A stretch of DNA of 61,877 nt, filler included. It is 5 parts of 5 records of this genome, joined end to end, with 100 filler letters (N's around TTAATTAATTAA, not from the genome) between each part and the next. Parts side by side here need not be neighbours in the genome. Positions count along the whole stretch, not along the records: positions 7,748 to 25,066 come from SRR20825019_2479; 4 more parts are not named here. One strand, written 5' to 3'. Below the pieces are notes generated by a model. The model was not told the origin of the DNA and did not search any database. It saw only the letters and a program-made list of their open reading frames with translations. This document shows, piece after piece, positions 10,901-21,926 of the stretch. Made by a program: the position numbers and the translations under genes. The first letter of the stretch is position 1; each line of letters starts with the position of its first letter.

Positions 10901-13900
10901 GCCGTCGTCACCAATCTCGACCCAGTCGTTGGTCCAGGCCCCGTCATCTGCGGTGTAGCTGTTGCTGTCAAAGGTCTCGGAGAAGATCGTCTCGTTGACG
11001 ACGGTATCGAGGGTCACCGTGGCGCCATCCGTATCGGTGCCGCCGGTTGCGGTGTAGTCAAAGTCCCCATCCAGGGCGCCGGTATCGGTCACGGTGACCG
11101 AGTCGGCACCCAGCACTGCCGTCAGGCCGGTCTGTCCTGATACGGCTGTGATGTCGATTGTATTGTCCGGATCGGAGTCATTGAGCAGCAGGGCCCATTT
11201 GGGGACCTCGATGCTCGTGCCGGGCAGGACATTGGTGATGATGGTGTCGTTATTGGCGACCACCGGGTCATCCACCGCCACCACATTGACGGTCGTGGTC
11301 GACACAGCGCTGTTGACGAAGCCATCATTGACGGTGACTTCGATGATGCGGGGTGTCTGGTCCGGATTCTGAGAAGTGTTCCGGAACTCGATCTGCTGCA
11401 AGGCAGTCTGCCAGTCGGCCTCGTCCGGTTCCCCACCAGCACCGGCGGTGAGCGTGACAATGATCTGCCCACCGACCGTCTCGACACTGCTGTTGATATT
11501 GCCGGCCAGGTTTCCGGGAATGTCGAACTCATCGCCCGCCATGGCATTGGTCAGAACGATCCGGGCCGAAACAATCTCGTCGTTTTCGACGATAAGGGGA
11601 TTGCTGGCGATGTCCTGGTCAGGTCCGCCTTCGGTGAAGGTGGTTTCGTAGTTCATCGACGGTTCGCCGGAGAAATTGATCACCAGGTCATTGATGGTCA
11701 CCACGTCGTCGGTCGAGGTCATCGCACTGACTTCGAAGCGAATTGCCGCATTGGCTGCGAACGGGCCCGTCAGGTTGTGGGTGTGGTTCTGTGTGCCGAT
11801 GTGAGTGTTGTTGATCTCCTCGAGAAAATTGAAGGTGCTCCCATCCGCAGCGAAGAAGACACGAACCCATTCGCCAGTCTCGAGACCGCTCTGGTTCACC
11901 ACGAAGGATATCGCAGCACTGGAGGCGCCCGACAGGTCCATCGTACGGGTAATCGAGGCACCATCATTGCCAGCGGCACCGCCAGGGCCCGTACCGCTGA
12001 GACGCAGCACATTGTTGCCGTTGTCGATCTGGATCTGGCCCGCGGTCACACCACCGCTATCTCCGGTTTCGACCCAATCCGGATCCCAGTCGGTGGCCCC
12101 GTTCGAGTTGCCAAAGCCCGGTGTGTTGAAATTGTCCGCAAATTGCCCGCTGGCCTGCTCCAGGAACAGTTCTGGCGCATTGAACGTGATGGTCTGATCA
12201 AGGAACTGCAGCCGTTCGACATTGCGCAGCGTGTCCACGCCATCGGAGATCAGCGGGCGGCCGGTGACCGCGTCGTCGATATTGCTGACATTGACATGCG
12301 CGACCGTGATCGTGCCGTCGCCATTCGTGGTGATGGTGTAGTTGAAGCTGCCATCGTCGTTCTGCAGGTTGTCGTTGAAGACGGCCGTATCGACATCGCC
12401 TTGTTCACCCACGTCCGGGAGAATTTCGCGAACGATGTGCATCTGGCTGGGGACAATAGCCCGCGACACCAGCAGTTCGAACAGCGACTTGCCGATCCAC
12501 TCGGGCTCCACCGCGTCTACCGCAGTGAACACATGCTTGAGCGTGTAGATTGTGGCAATTTCATTTTCTGCGGTGTTTTCCGCATCCGGCGCTGTCAGGC
12601 GAATGCGCACATTCAGTGCCGCGTTGCCGTCGATGAAGTCATCGCCGCCATTGCCCTGCAGGGTATCGCTGCCGGCACCGCCGAGCAGGATATTGCCGCC
12701 CGTGAAGGCCACCAGTTCCTCACTGTCGCCCAACCCCACGGAGATGAGATCGCCCAGCAGCTCGCGCAGGCCTTCGATACGGGCCAGGCCGGCTTGGCTC
12801 AACTCGTCCTTGAAGAACAGGGCTTCAGTGTTGTTGATCGTGGGAACCTCCGGCGCGTCGCCGGCAGCGCGATCATCGCCGCGAAGGATATCGTCCCCGG
12901 CACCGCCCGAGAGCGCTTCGACCTTGTCAAAGCGGTTGCGCAGGATATCGGCTTCTTCGGTGGTGAAGATGCGGATCCGCATGTCGGCGTCGGCATTGAA
13001 GGTCGCGCCTTGATAGCTGACCCAGTCGAAACCGAACATGCCCTCATTGCGCATGACGCTTTCGCCCTGCACCATGATGTCGTCACCAGATTCCGCGTCG
13101 AAGTCATGCTCCTCAGAACCGGCGAACATCACGTCATGGCCGATAATGGTGGAGTTGAAGAACAGTTCGGAATTGTCGCCGGCGGTGGTGTCGAAGCCGC
13201 CTCCAGCTTCCATCCAGTCGTCGCCTTCATTGCCGAGCAGGAAGTCCACGCCGTCGCCGCCCATGATGAAGTCGTCGCCTTCACCACCGAACACTTCGGT
13301 GTCGTCCTTGCCGGCAAAGACCACGTCCTTGCCTTCGCCGCCCATCAGCACATCGAGACCGTTGGAGCTGGCGATCACGTCATTGCCGGCATCGCCCTTG
13401 ATGAAGTCGCCTTCATCGCCTTCGTCCAGGATCACGTCGTCGCCATAGCCACCCATGATCAGGTCAACGCCCTGGCCGCCTTCGATGAAGTCGTTGCCGG
13501 CGTCGCCCCAGATACCTTCGTCCCCGAGGTCGCCGATCAAAACGTCATTGCCCGACGAACCGCCAAGCACGACATGCTCGCCGCCGATATAGCGCAGATA
13601 GGTGTCATAGTAAGTGTCGAAAGGCGCTGGCATGGTTCCAGCCAGAGCCGATCCGCGCATCACCTGGGTGAAGCCCAGTCCTGCCAGGACTGCGTCGATG
13701 TCATTGGGGTCTTTTGAGAGCGGATCGTCAGGATTGTAGTCCTGCTGATACTGTTCGTTTACCTCCAGCACCATGTCGTACTTGCCGAAGGAGTCGATGC
13801 CGATGTGATGCTTGATCACGTCGTCTTCGGTCCCGCGGATACCATCGAGACCAGGTTCGGTCAGGTCGGTATTGGCCATGATCATCTTGGAGAACGAATT

Positions 13901-16831
13901 GTTTTCCAGCGCGTCGAGGAAGTTGAGGCCCTGCGTACGGGTGAGGTAGTAGAACCGGTCCGCATCCTGCAGCGCTTCCATCTGCGCTTCGAAGACGGCC
14001 GTGAAGGTCGAACCGAGCATGCCGCCGAACAGCAGGATCTTTTCGGCCAGGCCACCGATCCACAGATCGACATTGTTGAGGCCACCCAGAGCATCGGCGT
14101 ATGCGCCAGTGCCGTTGATGAAGTCGTCACGCCCAACCAGGGCAGTCGCCACGCCACTCGTGTCCACGCCGAACACCAGTTCCATCGCGATGTCGCGCTT
14201 TTCGGCCAGCGTCGTGGCGGTAAGGAGCGCGGTGTGCGTGCCATAGGCGGCCACGAAATTGACCACCGAAAGCGGGTTTTTCAGCCCCACGGCGAAGTCG
14301 GCCCAGCTGTTGTAGGGCCGCAGGAAGCTCTGTCCGGTCGCGGCATAAAGCTGCTCGCGAGCCTGGTTGAGCGTCGGCATGCCGGTATCGCGACCACGAG
14401 CGATATTGATCGAGGCCAGGTCGAGCGGCAGGCCGAGCAGGTTGTTGCGCAGGGCATCGACAACAAATTCGTCGATGGCATTGCCGCGCACATTGGTTAG
14501 CCCGCGCACAATGGCGCCGGCAGCCTGTTCGTGGGTGACACCGCCGTCGAGGTCATACCCGACAGGGTCCAGGAACGCAGCGATCAGGCCCTCATCGACG
14601 GTTTCGAGGAAAGCATTGTCGTAATTGCCGTCCACCTCATTCAGCAGGAATGCCCTTGGCAAGCTGTCGGTCAGCATGGAGTGACCGAAGCGGTACACCA
14701 CATTGGCGAACTCGGCGAAAATGGCCGGGTTGATGTCGGTGACCGAATTGAAGACGAACGGGTCGATGGCCGGCTGTATCTTGCGGCCGAACTCTTCGAA
14801 CACCAGGTGCTGGTACTGCATTTCGGTGGCAAAGCGCGCCGCCTGGAAAATGCGTTCGCCATCCCAGTTCAGCGTCAGCCCTTCGATGAAGTCATGCTTG
14901 TTGACTGCAGCATCCAGGCCAGCATGGAGCGTGGTCAGTTCTCCGGCGGTCAGGTCGGTGACCAGCCATTCGTTGACAAAGGCGAGATCACCCTCTTCCA
15001 GGATTTTGAGCTTCTGGATCACGGTCTGGCGATTGTGCTCGGAGTGGAACACATGGTGCACGGCGGTGAGGCCGAAGTTCTCGTTGCCGCGGCCGTCGCC
15101 GGTGATGAAGTGGCGGTCGAGCAGGTCGCCGTCGAAATGGGTGGCGAGTGACTCGCCCGGAGCCATCGCCGGTTCACCAGCTCCAATAACCCCATCGGAA
15201 TTGAGATCATTGAGAATGCCATCGCTGTCGCGCAGTTTCAGACCACCGGTCTGGCTGTTGGTCGGATTCGCGGCATGGGCAATGTCATCAAGGAACGCGT
15301 GGCCGATGCGCATGGCAGCAACGCTAAACGTGTTGACCGGCGTACCGAGGTCGCCTTCCTCAGTCGTGGCCGGGGTGCCATTCACATTGATGCTGGTGAC
15401 GATCTGCGGCAGACCATTGGCGCCGCGAACAAATTCGCCATAGGCGTCGGTGTAGATCAATGGGATATTGACCACGTCGCCATCGGTGAGTTCGATACCC
15501 AGCATGGTCGCGGCCTGCGCCTTGACGTCGGCCCAGGTGGCCAGGCCCCCATTGGCGCCTTCGAGCAGGCGGCCGGTTGCCACGGGAACGCCACCCACCA
15601 TCTGGTACTCGCGCAGGAACACCTGATGCGAGGCGTGTGAGGTATAGGTCTGGTTCTGGTCGACAAAGGGCGTGGTTGTGTTGACCTGGGTCGGCTGACC
15701 GTTCTCGTCCAGCACGGTGGTCGAGCGGGTCAGGACCATGAAGCGCAAATGGCCTGGCAGGTCGTCGGCAGACTCGTCCACATCGAGAGTGTCCGGGTTG
15801 TCCCCGATGATCCCGTCGGCCCCGCCGATCAGCGGATCATCGGCCTGCAGTGGCATGAAGATGGTGCCATTGCCGCCCTTGGTGATCAGGTCCAGACCAT
15901 GGTCGAAGAACTGGCCGAAAAAGGTCATCCAGGCGTTGAAAGGCGCAGAGATGCCTTCGTCAGGCGCCACATTGGGGATGACCAGGCCACCATCTTCATT
16001 AAGGATGCCCATATCGCTGGCCATTGCCAGGAAGGCGGCCTCCGGATCGGCCGATGTCGACTGTGCGTCCGCCAGGGCCTCTTCGGCCGAAGTGAGAAGT
16101 GCACCGGTCGCCTGGATTGCGTCCCACGTCGTCGAGTCTGCTGGATTGTAGCCCGCCATGGCGGCTTGGAATGCCAATTCTGCGGTATCAACTGCTTGTT
16201 GTAGGGCAGTCAGGTCCGCGCCGCCCGCACTGCGGGCGGCAAGCAAGGCGGCAAGGTCGGCATAAGGATCTTCAGATCCAGCAAAAACCAGGGCGGCAAA
16301 CAACGCCGCCGGGTTGTTGATGCTCATATCCGCGACGAGATTGGAAATGATGCGCGGATCAGAATCGACCACATTGCCCGTATGACCACCATTGGCTGTC
16401 GTGCCGGGAATAGTGGGCACACCGTTGGTAACGCCATAATCGGTATTGGTTACGGGCAGAGGAACGCCCGGTCCCGGAGGGCCGAAGGCGAACGGGTCTT
16501 CCGGACCGCCATCGATATAGTTCGGGTCGAGATAGCGCGGCATGGGCTGGTCGGCGGCGCCCCAAAGTTCGCGGCCTTCCATCAGGTTGTTGTAGCTGCC
16601 ATCGACAGTACGGACGCCGAACGGGGTCTTGGGGTCGGGAATGGCGAGTGGGAAGCCGGGGCCGCCGGTGAAGACGCCATTGGCGTCATACATCGCGCCA
16701 TCGGTAATCACTTCGCCCGTCACCGGGTCCAGCCTGATTTCGGTCAGCGCCGCCCCGTTCGCATGTGCTTCACCAATCTTGATCTGCTTGAGAATGAATT
16801 GCAGGTCATTGAGGTTAAGTTCGATCGCCAT
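7748..16831 (-). CDS. Giant animal-type heme peroxidase (peroxidase-cyclooxygenase superfamily) with two peroxidase domains and RTX Ca-binding repeats; MopA/PepA-like; 3' end truncated
   Basis: Two sets of motifs: FFGQ(F/Y)FDHGLD, DGR(G/A)NEN, YRFGHSML, DLA.(I/L)NI.RGRD; many GGxGxD repeats between them; RBS GGAGG upstream; no stop before the contig end. Confidence 0.92.
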
Positions 16832-16970
16832 CTGTCCCTCCTGTGGTGCCCCGCTTGTTTCAACAGCGCAGGCATGCCGCTCACTCTGGACGCGGCTGTG
16901 GAATGTCGAGGATCAGTGTTGCTCCCCTCAGCAATTTGGCGATACTGCTCAACGTCTGGTTATGTGACCT

Positions 16971-17029
16971 GACACTGGTCCGGACTGGAGTTGAGACTTT
17001 GGTCGGTACTGTGCCTAGACTTTGGTCTA
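16971..17029. promoter_or_regulatory. Three tandem GAC-N4-GTC boxes, probable response-regulator binding sites
   Basis: GACACTGGTC (16971), GACTTTGGTC (16995), TAGACTTTGGTCTA (17016-17029); spacing 24 and 23 bp. Confidence 0.6.
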
Positions 17030-18459
17030 AACTTGCTGCGCTTCAGCAATCGATCTCGGCCAGGTTCCTGATCGTATCCGGTGTCGTATTGTGCCTGGCG
17101 ATGGCCGTTCTCGGGGCCTGGGTGAACAATCAGATCACCCATTCGGTGCTGGTGACCTCCGGTGCGCAGGCCGAATTGTTCATGAGGGCCTTTCTCGATC
17201 CGCTGGTCCAGGAACTGGAACCGGAAACACCACTTAACGCTGAAGAGATTGCCGCTTTCGAAGAGCTGTTGGTGGACACCCCGCTCCGGCAGATCTTCGT
17301 CTCGGTCAAGATTTGGCGCGCAGATGGCATGGTGCTCTATGCGACGAACAATGATCTGGTCGGCCAGATTTTCGACGCGCCGCATGTAGAAGAAGCGGCC
17401 CGGGGCGCAATCGTCACCGAATTCGAGAGCGTCATCCGCGCCGAGAACGCCGTTGAACGTTCGCTGTCGAGCAACCTGATCGAAGTCTATGCGCCGCTAT
17501 ACCGCACCGGAACTGGGGAGGTGCTTGCTGTTGCCGAGACTTACGAAAATGCCGATGACCTCGCCGCAGAGCTTGTGCAAAGCCAAAGGGTGACCTGGCT
17601 GGTCGTGGCCCTGACCACCTCGGTGATGATTGGGATGCTGTACCTGATCGTGCGGCAGGCGACCGAAACCATAACGACCCAGGGCAAACAGCTGCAATTT
17701 CGCTATGCTGAGGCCCGGCGACTGGCAAAGCAGACGAACGCCCTTAAGATCACGGCCGACCAGAGCCGCCTCCGCGCCAGCGAGGAAACCGAACATTTCC
17801 TGCACCGCATCGGGTCGGACATACATGACGGGCCGATCCAGTTGCTGACCCTTTCAACCCTGCGGCTGACGGCAGCGACACGGGCCCTGAAGTCTGCCGG
17901 AGAGGCCGTTCAGCCGCTCGAAAAGCAAATCGAGGGCGCCGTGGAAATCACCCAGGACGCCCTGGCCGAACTCAGGAACATTTCGGCCGGCCTCAGCCTA
18001 CCGGAAATCAGCAGTCTCGATCTTGAGCAAACGATTCGCCGGGCGGTTCAAAGGCATGAGGCCTTTACCGGTGACAAGATCGACCTGGTCATCTCGCCAT
18101 TGCCCGAGGCTGTCAGCGATGCGCTGAAAACCTGCGTGTTCCGCATCGTGCAGGAAGGGCTGAACAATGCCGCCAAGCATGCGCACGACGCGGAAAAACA
18201 GGTGACCGTCAAACAAGAGGACGGCGAGATCCACATTGACCTCTATGATCAGGGCCCCGGCATGCCCTCGCATGCTCTCACCATCGACGGCGCCAGCAAG
18301 CTTGGACTGGCCGGAATGCGCAATCGTGTGATTTCGTTCAACGGGCGCTTTGAAATCGATTCCGGGCCAGGTCGCGGCACGCATTTGGCCATTCGGCTTC
18401 CCATCAACCAGGAAACCCAGAGTTCCAGTCAGACCGATAGTCCGGTGGATTTGGATTAG
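17011..18459 (+). CDS. Membrane sensor histidine kinase, NarX/HisKA_3 type
   Basis: Two TM segments, H-box RIGSDIHDGPIQ, FRIVQEGLNNAAKHA, DQGPG, LGLAGMRNRV; start uncertain (GTG 17011 chosen). Confidence 0.88.
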   Translation: MPRLWSKLAALQQSISARFLIVSGVVLCLAMAVLGAWVNNQITHSVLVTSGAQAELFMRAFLDPLVQELEPETPLNAEEIAAFEELLVDTPLRQIFVSVKIWRADGMVLYATNNDLVGQIFDAPHVEEAARGAIVTEFESVIRAENAVERSLSSNLIEVYAPLYRTGTGEVLAVAETYENADDLAAELVQSQRVTWLVVALTTSVMIGMLYLIVRQATETITTQGKQLQFRYAEARRLAKQTNALKITADQSRLRASEETEHFLHRIGSDIHDGPIQLLTLSTLRLTAATRALKSAGEAVQPLEKQIEGAVEITQDALAELRNISAGLSLPEISSLDLEQTIRRAVQRHEAFTGDKIDLVISPLPEAVSDALKTCVFRIVQEGLNNAAKHAHDAEKQVTVKQEDGEIHIDLYDQGPGMPSHALTIDGASKLGLAGMRNRVISFNGRFEIDSGPGRGTHLAIRLPINQETQSSSQTDSPVDLD

Positions 18460-19106
18460 CCGTCCAGGCTGCCGTTCTTCTGTGCGGCAAAAACCACTTC
18501 GAGCCGGTTGCGGGCGTTGAGCTTGGTCATCAAGCTGCTCATGTAATATTTGACAGTTTTCTCGCTGATGAGCAGTTCCGACGCGATTTCCCGATTTGTC
18601 CGCGCCTGCATGAGATGCCCGATGATCTGCTTCTCGCGCACGCTGAGACGGATGGCGCTGCTCAGACGGGCCCGCGCCTCCTTGTTTCTCAATCCGGTGA
18701 GCACCTGACCGGCATATTGTTTGGTGATGTAGAGCTCGCCACGCATCACCGTTTCCACGGCCTCGATGACTTCCTCGACCCGTCCACCCTTGAGGACGAA
18801 TCCCGTGGCACCGGCATCGAGCGCCTTGAGCACGGAGTCCGCGCTGGAAAAGGCAGTGAACACAATGACATGGGTGTCAGGAAAAGTGCGTGACACCTGT
18901 GAAATCATGCCAAAGACATCGCCTGGCATGGACAGGTCGGTGATCAACACATCCGGCTTGTGGGTCTTGACGATCTCGAGGGCCGCATCTGCGGACGCTC
19001 CTTCGGCAACAACTTCCAAACCTTGTTCACTTGCAAACACCGCCGTCATGCCCTTGAGAAGGACGGGGTGGTCATCGACGAATGCAACCCTGAAAGAGTC
19101 AGTCAT
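18456..19106 (-). CDS. NarL/LuxR-family response regulator
   Basis: VDDHP, DLSMP, GFVLK receiver motifs; LSVREKQI...TNREIA...SEKTVK HTH. Confidence 0.92.
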   Translation of the reverse strand: MTDSFRVAFVDDHPVLLKGMTAVFASEQGLEVVAEGASADAALEIVKTHKPDVLITDLSMPGDVFGMISQVSRTFPDTHVIVFTAFSSADSVLKALDAGATGFVLKGGRVEEVIEAVETVMRGELYITKQYAGQVLTGLRNKEARARLSSAIRLSVREKQIIGHLMQARTNREIASELLISEKTVKYYMSSLMTKLNARNRLEVVFAAQKNGSLDG

Positions 19107-19618
19107 GATATCCCCCATAACACGCTATTGAGTAGGGACGCCGCAAGACAATGGTATCCCTCGACTGGGCGCTTGGCTACAACATAGTTACGAGACCGTT
19201 AATCACCATTATTTTAGACATTAAGTAACCCGGTCTGCACGCAGAAGGCGAAATAAAGCGCCAAAATTTATTTGGTGATAAGGAGATACAGAGCCTTGCT
19301 GTGTTGCCAGCCGGGACCAGATTCCACAAGGCGCATGACTGTGTATGTAACGCGGTCCATCAGAGTTGCCCTGGGTGTCATCGAATTTCTCGTTCGCATC
19401 CGCAGCGCTCTTTTGAACGCGTGAGGTGAAGCCATCACCCTGATTTGGCGCACAGGAATGGTTAGGCTCCATCGGCGTTGGGTATCAGTTGCGTTGCAGA
19501 TGCTCGGGCCGATCGCGCGCAGGCCCGGTCCGCTCAGTGTGCCGGATGGTCCGGCGGGATCAGGCTGGCCCGTTTTCGCGTCGCGACCATTGACACAAGA
19601 CACAACAAATCAAATCTG

Positions 19619-19631
19619 CTAATGCCATTAG
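19619..19631. promoter_or_regulatory. Palindrome CTAATG-C-CATTAG, candidate operator upstream of the first LacI gene
   Basis: Inverted repeat just downstream of TTGACA (19590-19595). Confidence 0.45.
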
Positions 19632-19652
19632 TAATTGGATTTATGATTGCTA

Positions 19653-20735
19653 ATGACGGGCACCAAAACCTCATCATCCGTAACCCGCGCCATGCGCCGG
19701 CCTGATCGTCGCGTGCGACGGGTCACAATGACCGACATCGCGCGCGAGGCAGGCTGCTCTCAGGCGACGGTGTCGTTCGTCATCAACAATGCGCCGGGCA
19801 TTCGATTGTCCGATGAAACGCGCCGTCGCGTCCTCGATGCTGCCAGGCGCCTGGGCTACAACGTGCCTGCGGGCAATGCCGCGCCCAAACAGCAGGTCGG
19901 AAAGCGCAATCGGCGGATCGGCTTTATCGTCGACCAGCTTGCCACCAGTCCCGAAGCAGTGCAGGCGATCGAGGGGCTCACCCAGGCCGCGCGAGTGCAG
20001 GGCGATCTGGTGTTTGTCGGGCAGAGCGACAATGATTCCGAGATCGAATCCGCACTCATCGATGCCTTTGTCGATCAGGGCGTTTCAGCATTGGTCTATA
20101 TGACCATTTTCACGCGCGAGGTGGACCTGCCGCTTGAGCTGAAAAGCCTCGATATCCCGGTCTATTTGCTCAATTGCTACGCTGCGGGCCTGGCCCGTCC
20201 GGCCGTTGTGCCCAGCGAGATTGCTGGCGGCCAGCGGGCCACGCATTATCTGATCAGCAAGGGGCACCGGCGGGTCGCCACCATCACCGGCGAGATCTGG
20301 ATGGAAGCGGCGCAAGACCGGCTCAAGGGCTATCGCCGCGCACTGGCGACCGCCGATATTCCCTTCGACCAGGACCTGGTTTTCAACGGCGATTGGTCGG
20401 CCAGCGCCGGCTACGATGCGACACGAAAAATCCTCGCTTTGCCCGAAAAGCCCACGGCCATCTTCTGCCAGAACGATCGCATGGCCATTGGCTGCTATGA
20501 GGCCTTGAAGGAAGCCGGTCTCGACATTCCCCGCGACATGTCGGTGATTGGCTATGACGACGAGGAAATCGCCCGCCACCTGCATCCGCGCCTGACCACC
20601 ACCGTTCTGCCGCACCGCGCCATGGGGCAATGGGTGTTCGAACAGATGCTCGAGGGCGTGGCGGAGGATCGCTATCCATTGACCAAGCTGGAATGTCCGC
20701 TGGTCGAGCGCGACTCCGTCGCTAAGCCCCGCTAG
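19653..20735 (+). CDS. LacI-family transcriptional regulator
   Basis: TMTDIAREAGCSQATVS HTH, GHRRVA, AIFCQNDRMAIG, SVIGYDD; start uncertain. Confidence 0.92.
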   Translation: MTGTKTSSSVTRAMRRPDRRVRRVTMTDIAREAGCSQATVSFVINNAPGIRLSDETRRRVLDAARRLGYNVPAGNAAPKQQVGKRNRRIGFIVDQLATSPEAVQAIEGLTQAARVQGDLVFVGQSDNDSEIESALIDAFVDQGVSALVYMTIFTREVDLPLELKSLDIPVYLLNCYAAGLARPAVVPSEIAGGQRATHYLISKGHRRVATITGEIWMEAAQDRLKGYRRALATADIPFDQDLVFNGDWSASAGYDATRKILALPEKPTAIFCQNDRMAIGCYEALKEAGLDIPRDMSVIGYDDEEIARHLHPRLTTTVLPHRAMGQWVFEQMLEGVAEDRYPLTKLECPLVERDSVAKPR

Positions 20736-20739
20736 GCGG

Positions 20740-21795
20740 CTAACCCTTTGGCGGTGCGATTGAATCGCGCTCTACCAACTCGCACTCGATCTTGAGTTTT
20801 TGCAGCCGCTCATCGGCGTCGATGCCATCGAAGCCGTCCAGCAACTGGCCCACCGCCCAGCGCGCCATCTCGTCATGCGGCAGCACCATGGTGGACAGTG
20901 GCGGATCCATGTTTGCGGCGATGTCCTCATCGTCAAAACCGACAATCGACAGATCGCCCGGAACGGACAGTCCCAGGCTGCGCGCCACCTCGTAGCAGCC
21001 AATCGCCATGCGGTCGTTGAAACAGAAGATCGCGCTTGGCGGATTGGGGCGTGAGAGCAGCGCCAATGCGCGCTCGCGCCCGGCCCGTATGGTCCAGCCT
21101 CCCAGGGTGACCAGACTTTCGTCTACGGGGATGCCCCATTTTTCCATGGCCTGGCGAAAGCCCTGTTCGCGGTCGATGGCCGCCTCGACGATGTGTTCGC
21201 CTGCCAGATGGGCAATGCGGCGGTGCCCGGCGCGGAGCAGGGCGTCCGTGGCGGTGAAGCCGCCAACAATATCGCCCGGCACCACCGAGGGGTGCTGTAC
21301 CCGCTTTTCGTAGCAATTGAGCAGCACCAGCGGAAGCTGGGAAAAGGCATCGGGAACAGTCACCTGCCGTGTGATCAGGGTACAATAGATGGCGCCGATA
21401 GCGTTCTGGGCGACGAGCATGTCGAGCCCGGCCTGTTCAAGTGCGGGATCATTGCCGGTGCAGAAGGTGGCGATGGTGACGTCCTGCAGCGCCGCCTCGT
21501 CCCGGGCCCCCTCGATGAACGGCGCGGCAAAGGGCGTGGTCGAGACTTCATCGATGAACAGACCCACCACCCGCGTGCGCCCAGCCGGAACCGGGTGGGT
21601 CTTGCCCCGGCGATAGCCAAGCTGCTCTGCCGCTTCCTGCACACGGCGGCGCGTGGCCTTGGATACACGGGCATTGGGCACGCCATTGAGCACCAGCGAA
21701 ACGGTGGCCTGCGACACCCCGGCCAGTTCCGCCACCTCGTGCATGGTTGCGCGCTTTTCCAAATCACCGTCCCGCTCGGTTGTCCCCAGCCCCAT
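20740..21795 (-). CDS. LacI-family transcriptional regulator
   Basis: TMHEVAELAGVSQATVS HTH, GHRRIA, AIFCFNDRMAIG, SIVGFDD. Confidence 0.92.
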   Translation of the reverse strand: MGLGTTERDGDLEKRATMHEVAELAGVSQATVSLVLNGVPNARVSKATRRRVQEAAEQLGYRRGKTHPVPAGRTRVVGLFIDEVSTTPFAAPFIEGARDEAALQDVTIATFCTGNDPALEQAGLDMLVAQNAIGAIYCTLITRQVTVPDAFSQLPLVLLNCYEKRVQHPSVVPGDIVGGFTATDALLRAGHRRIAHLAGEHIVEAAIDREQGFRQAMEKWGIPVDESLVTLGGWTIRAGRERALALLSRPNPPSAIFCFNDRMAIGCYEVARSLGLSVPGDLSIVGFDDEDIAANMDPPLSTMVLPHDEMARWAVGQLLDGFDGIDADERLQKLKIECELVERDSIAPPKG

Positions 21796-21926
21796 TTACG
21801 GCGATTTGCCCGGCTTTGACCACCAGCCAGTTCCGTCCTTGCACATCGCGAATTGGCTCTTGCCAAGGCCGATGGTTCGGCCCTATGGTGATAATAATAT
21901 AACTAATACTGCTTAGGGTGGAGATT

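Noticed and set aside
8483-13717. Long plus-strand ORFs (655 aa at 8483, 646 aa at 11777) antisense to the peroxidase
   Set aside because: Shadow ORFs typical of GC-rich codon bias; no recognisable motifs
16843-17010. ORF-track N-terminal extension of the kinase (likewise those of ureE, ureG, glgA, glgX and Crp/Fnr)
   Set aside because: Extensions overlap promoter regions or neighbouring genes; downstream starts fit the families better
19221-19603. Small minus-strand ORFs between the response regulator and LacI
   Set aside because: Overlapping alternatives, no recognisable motif or convincing RBS
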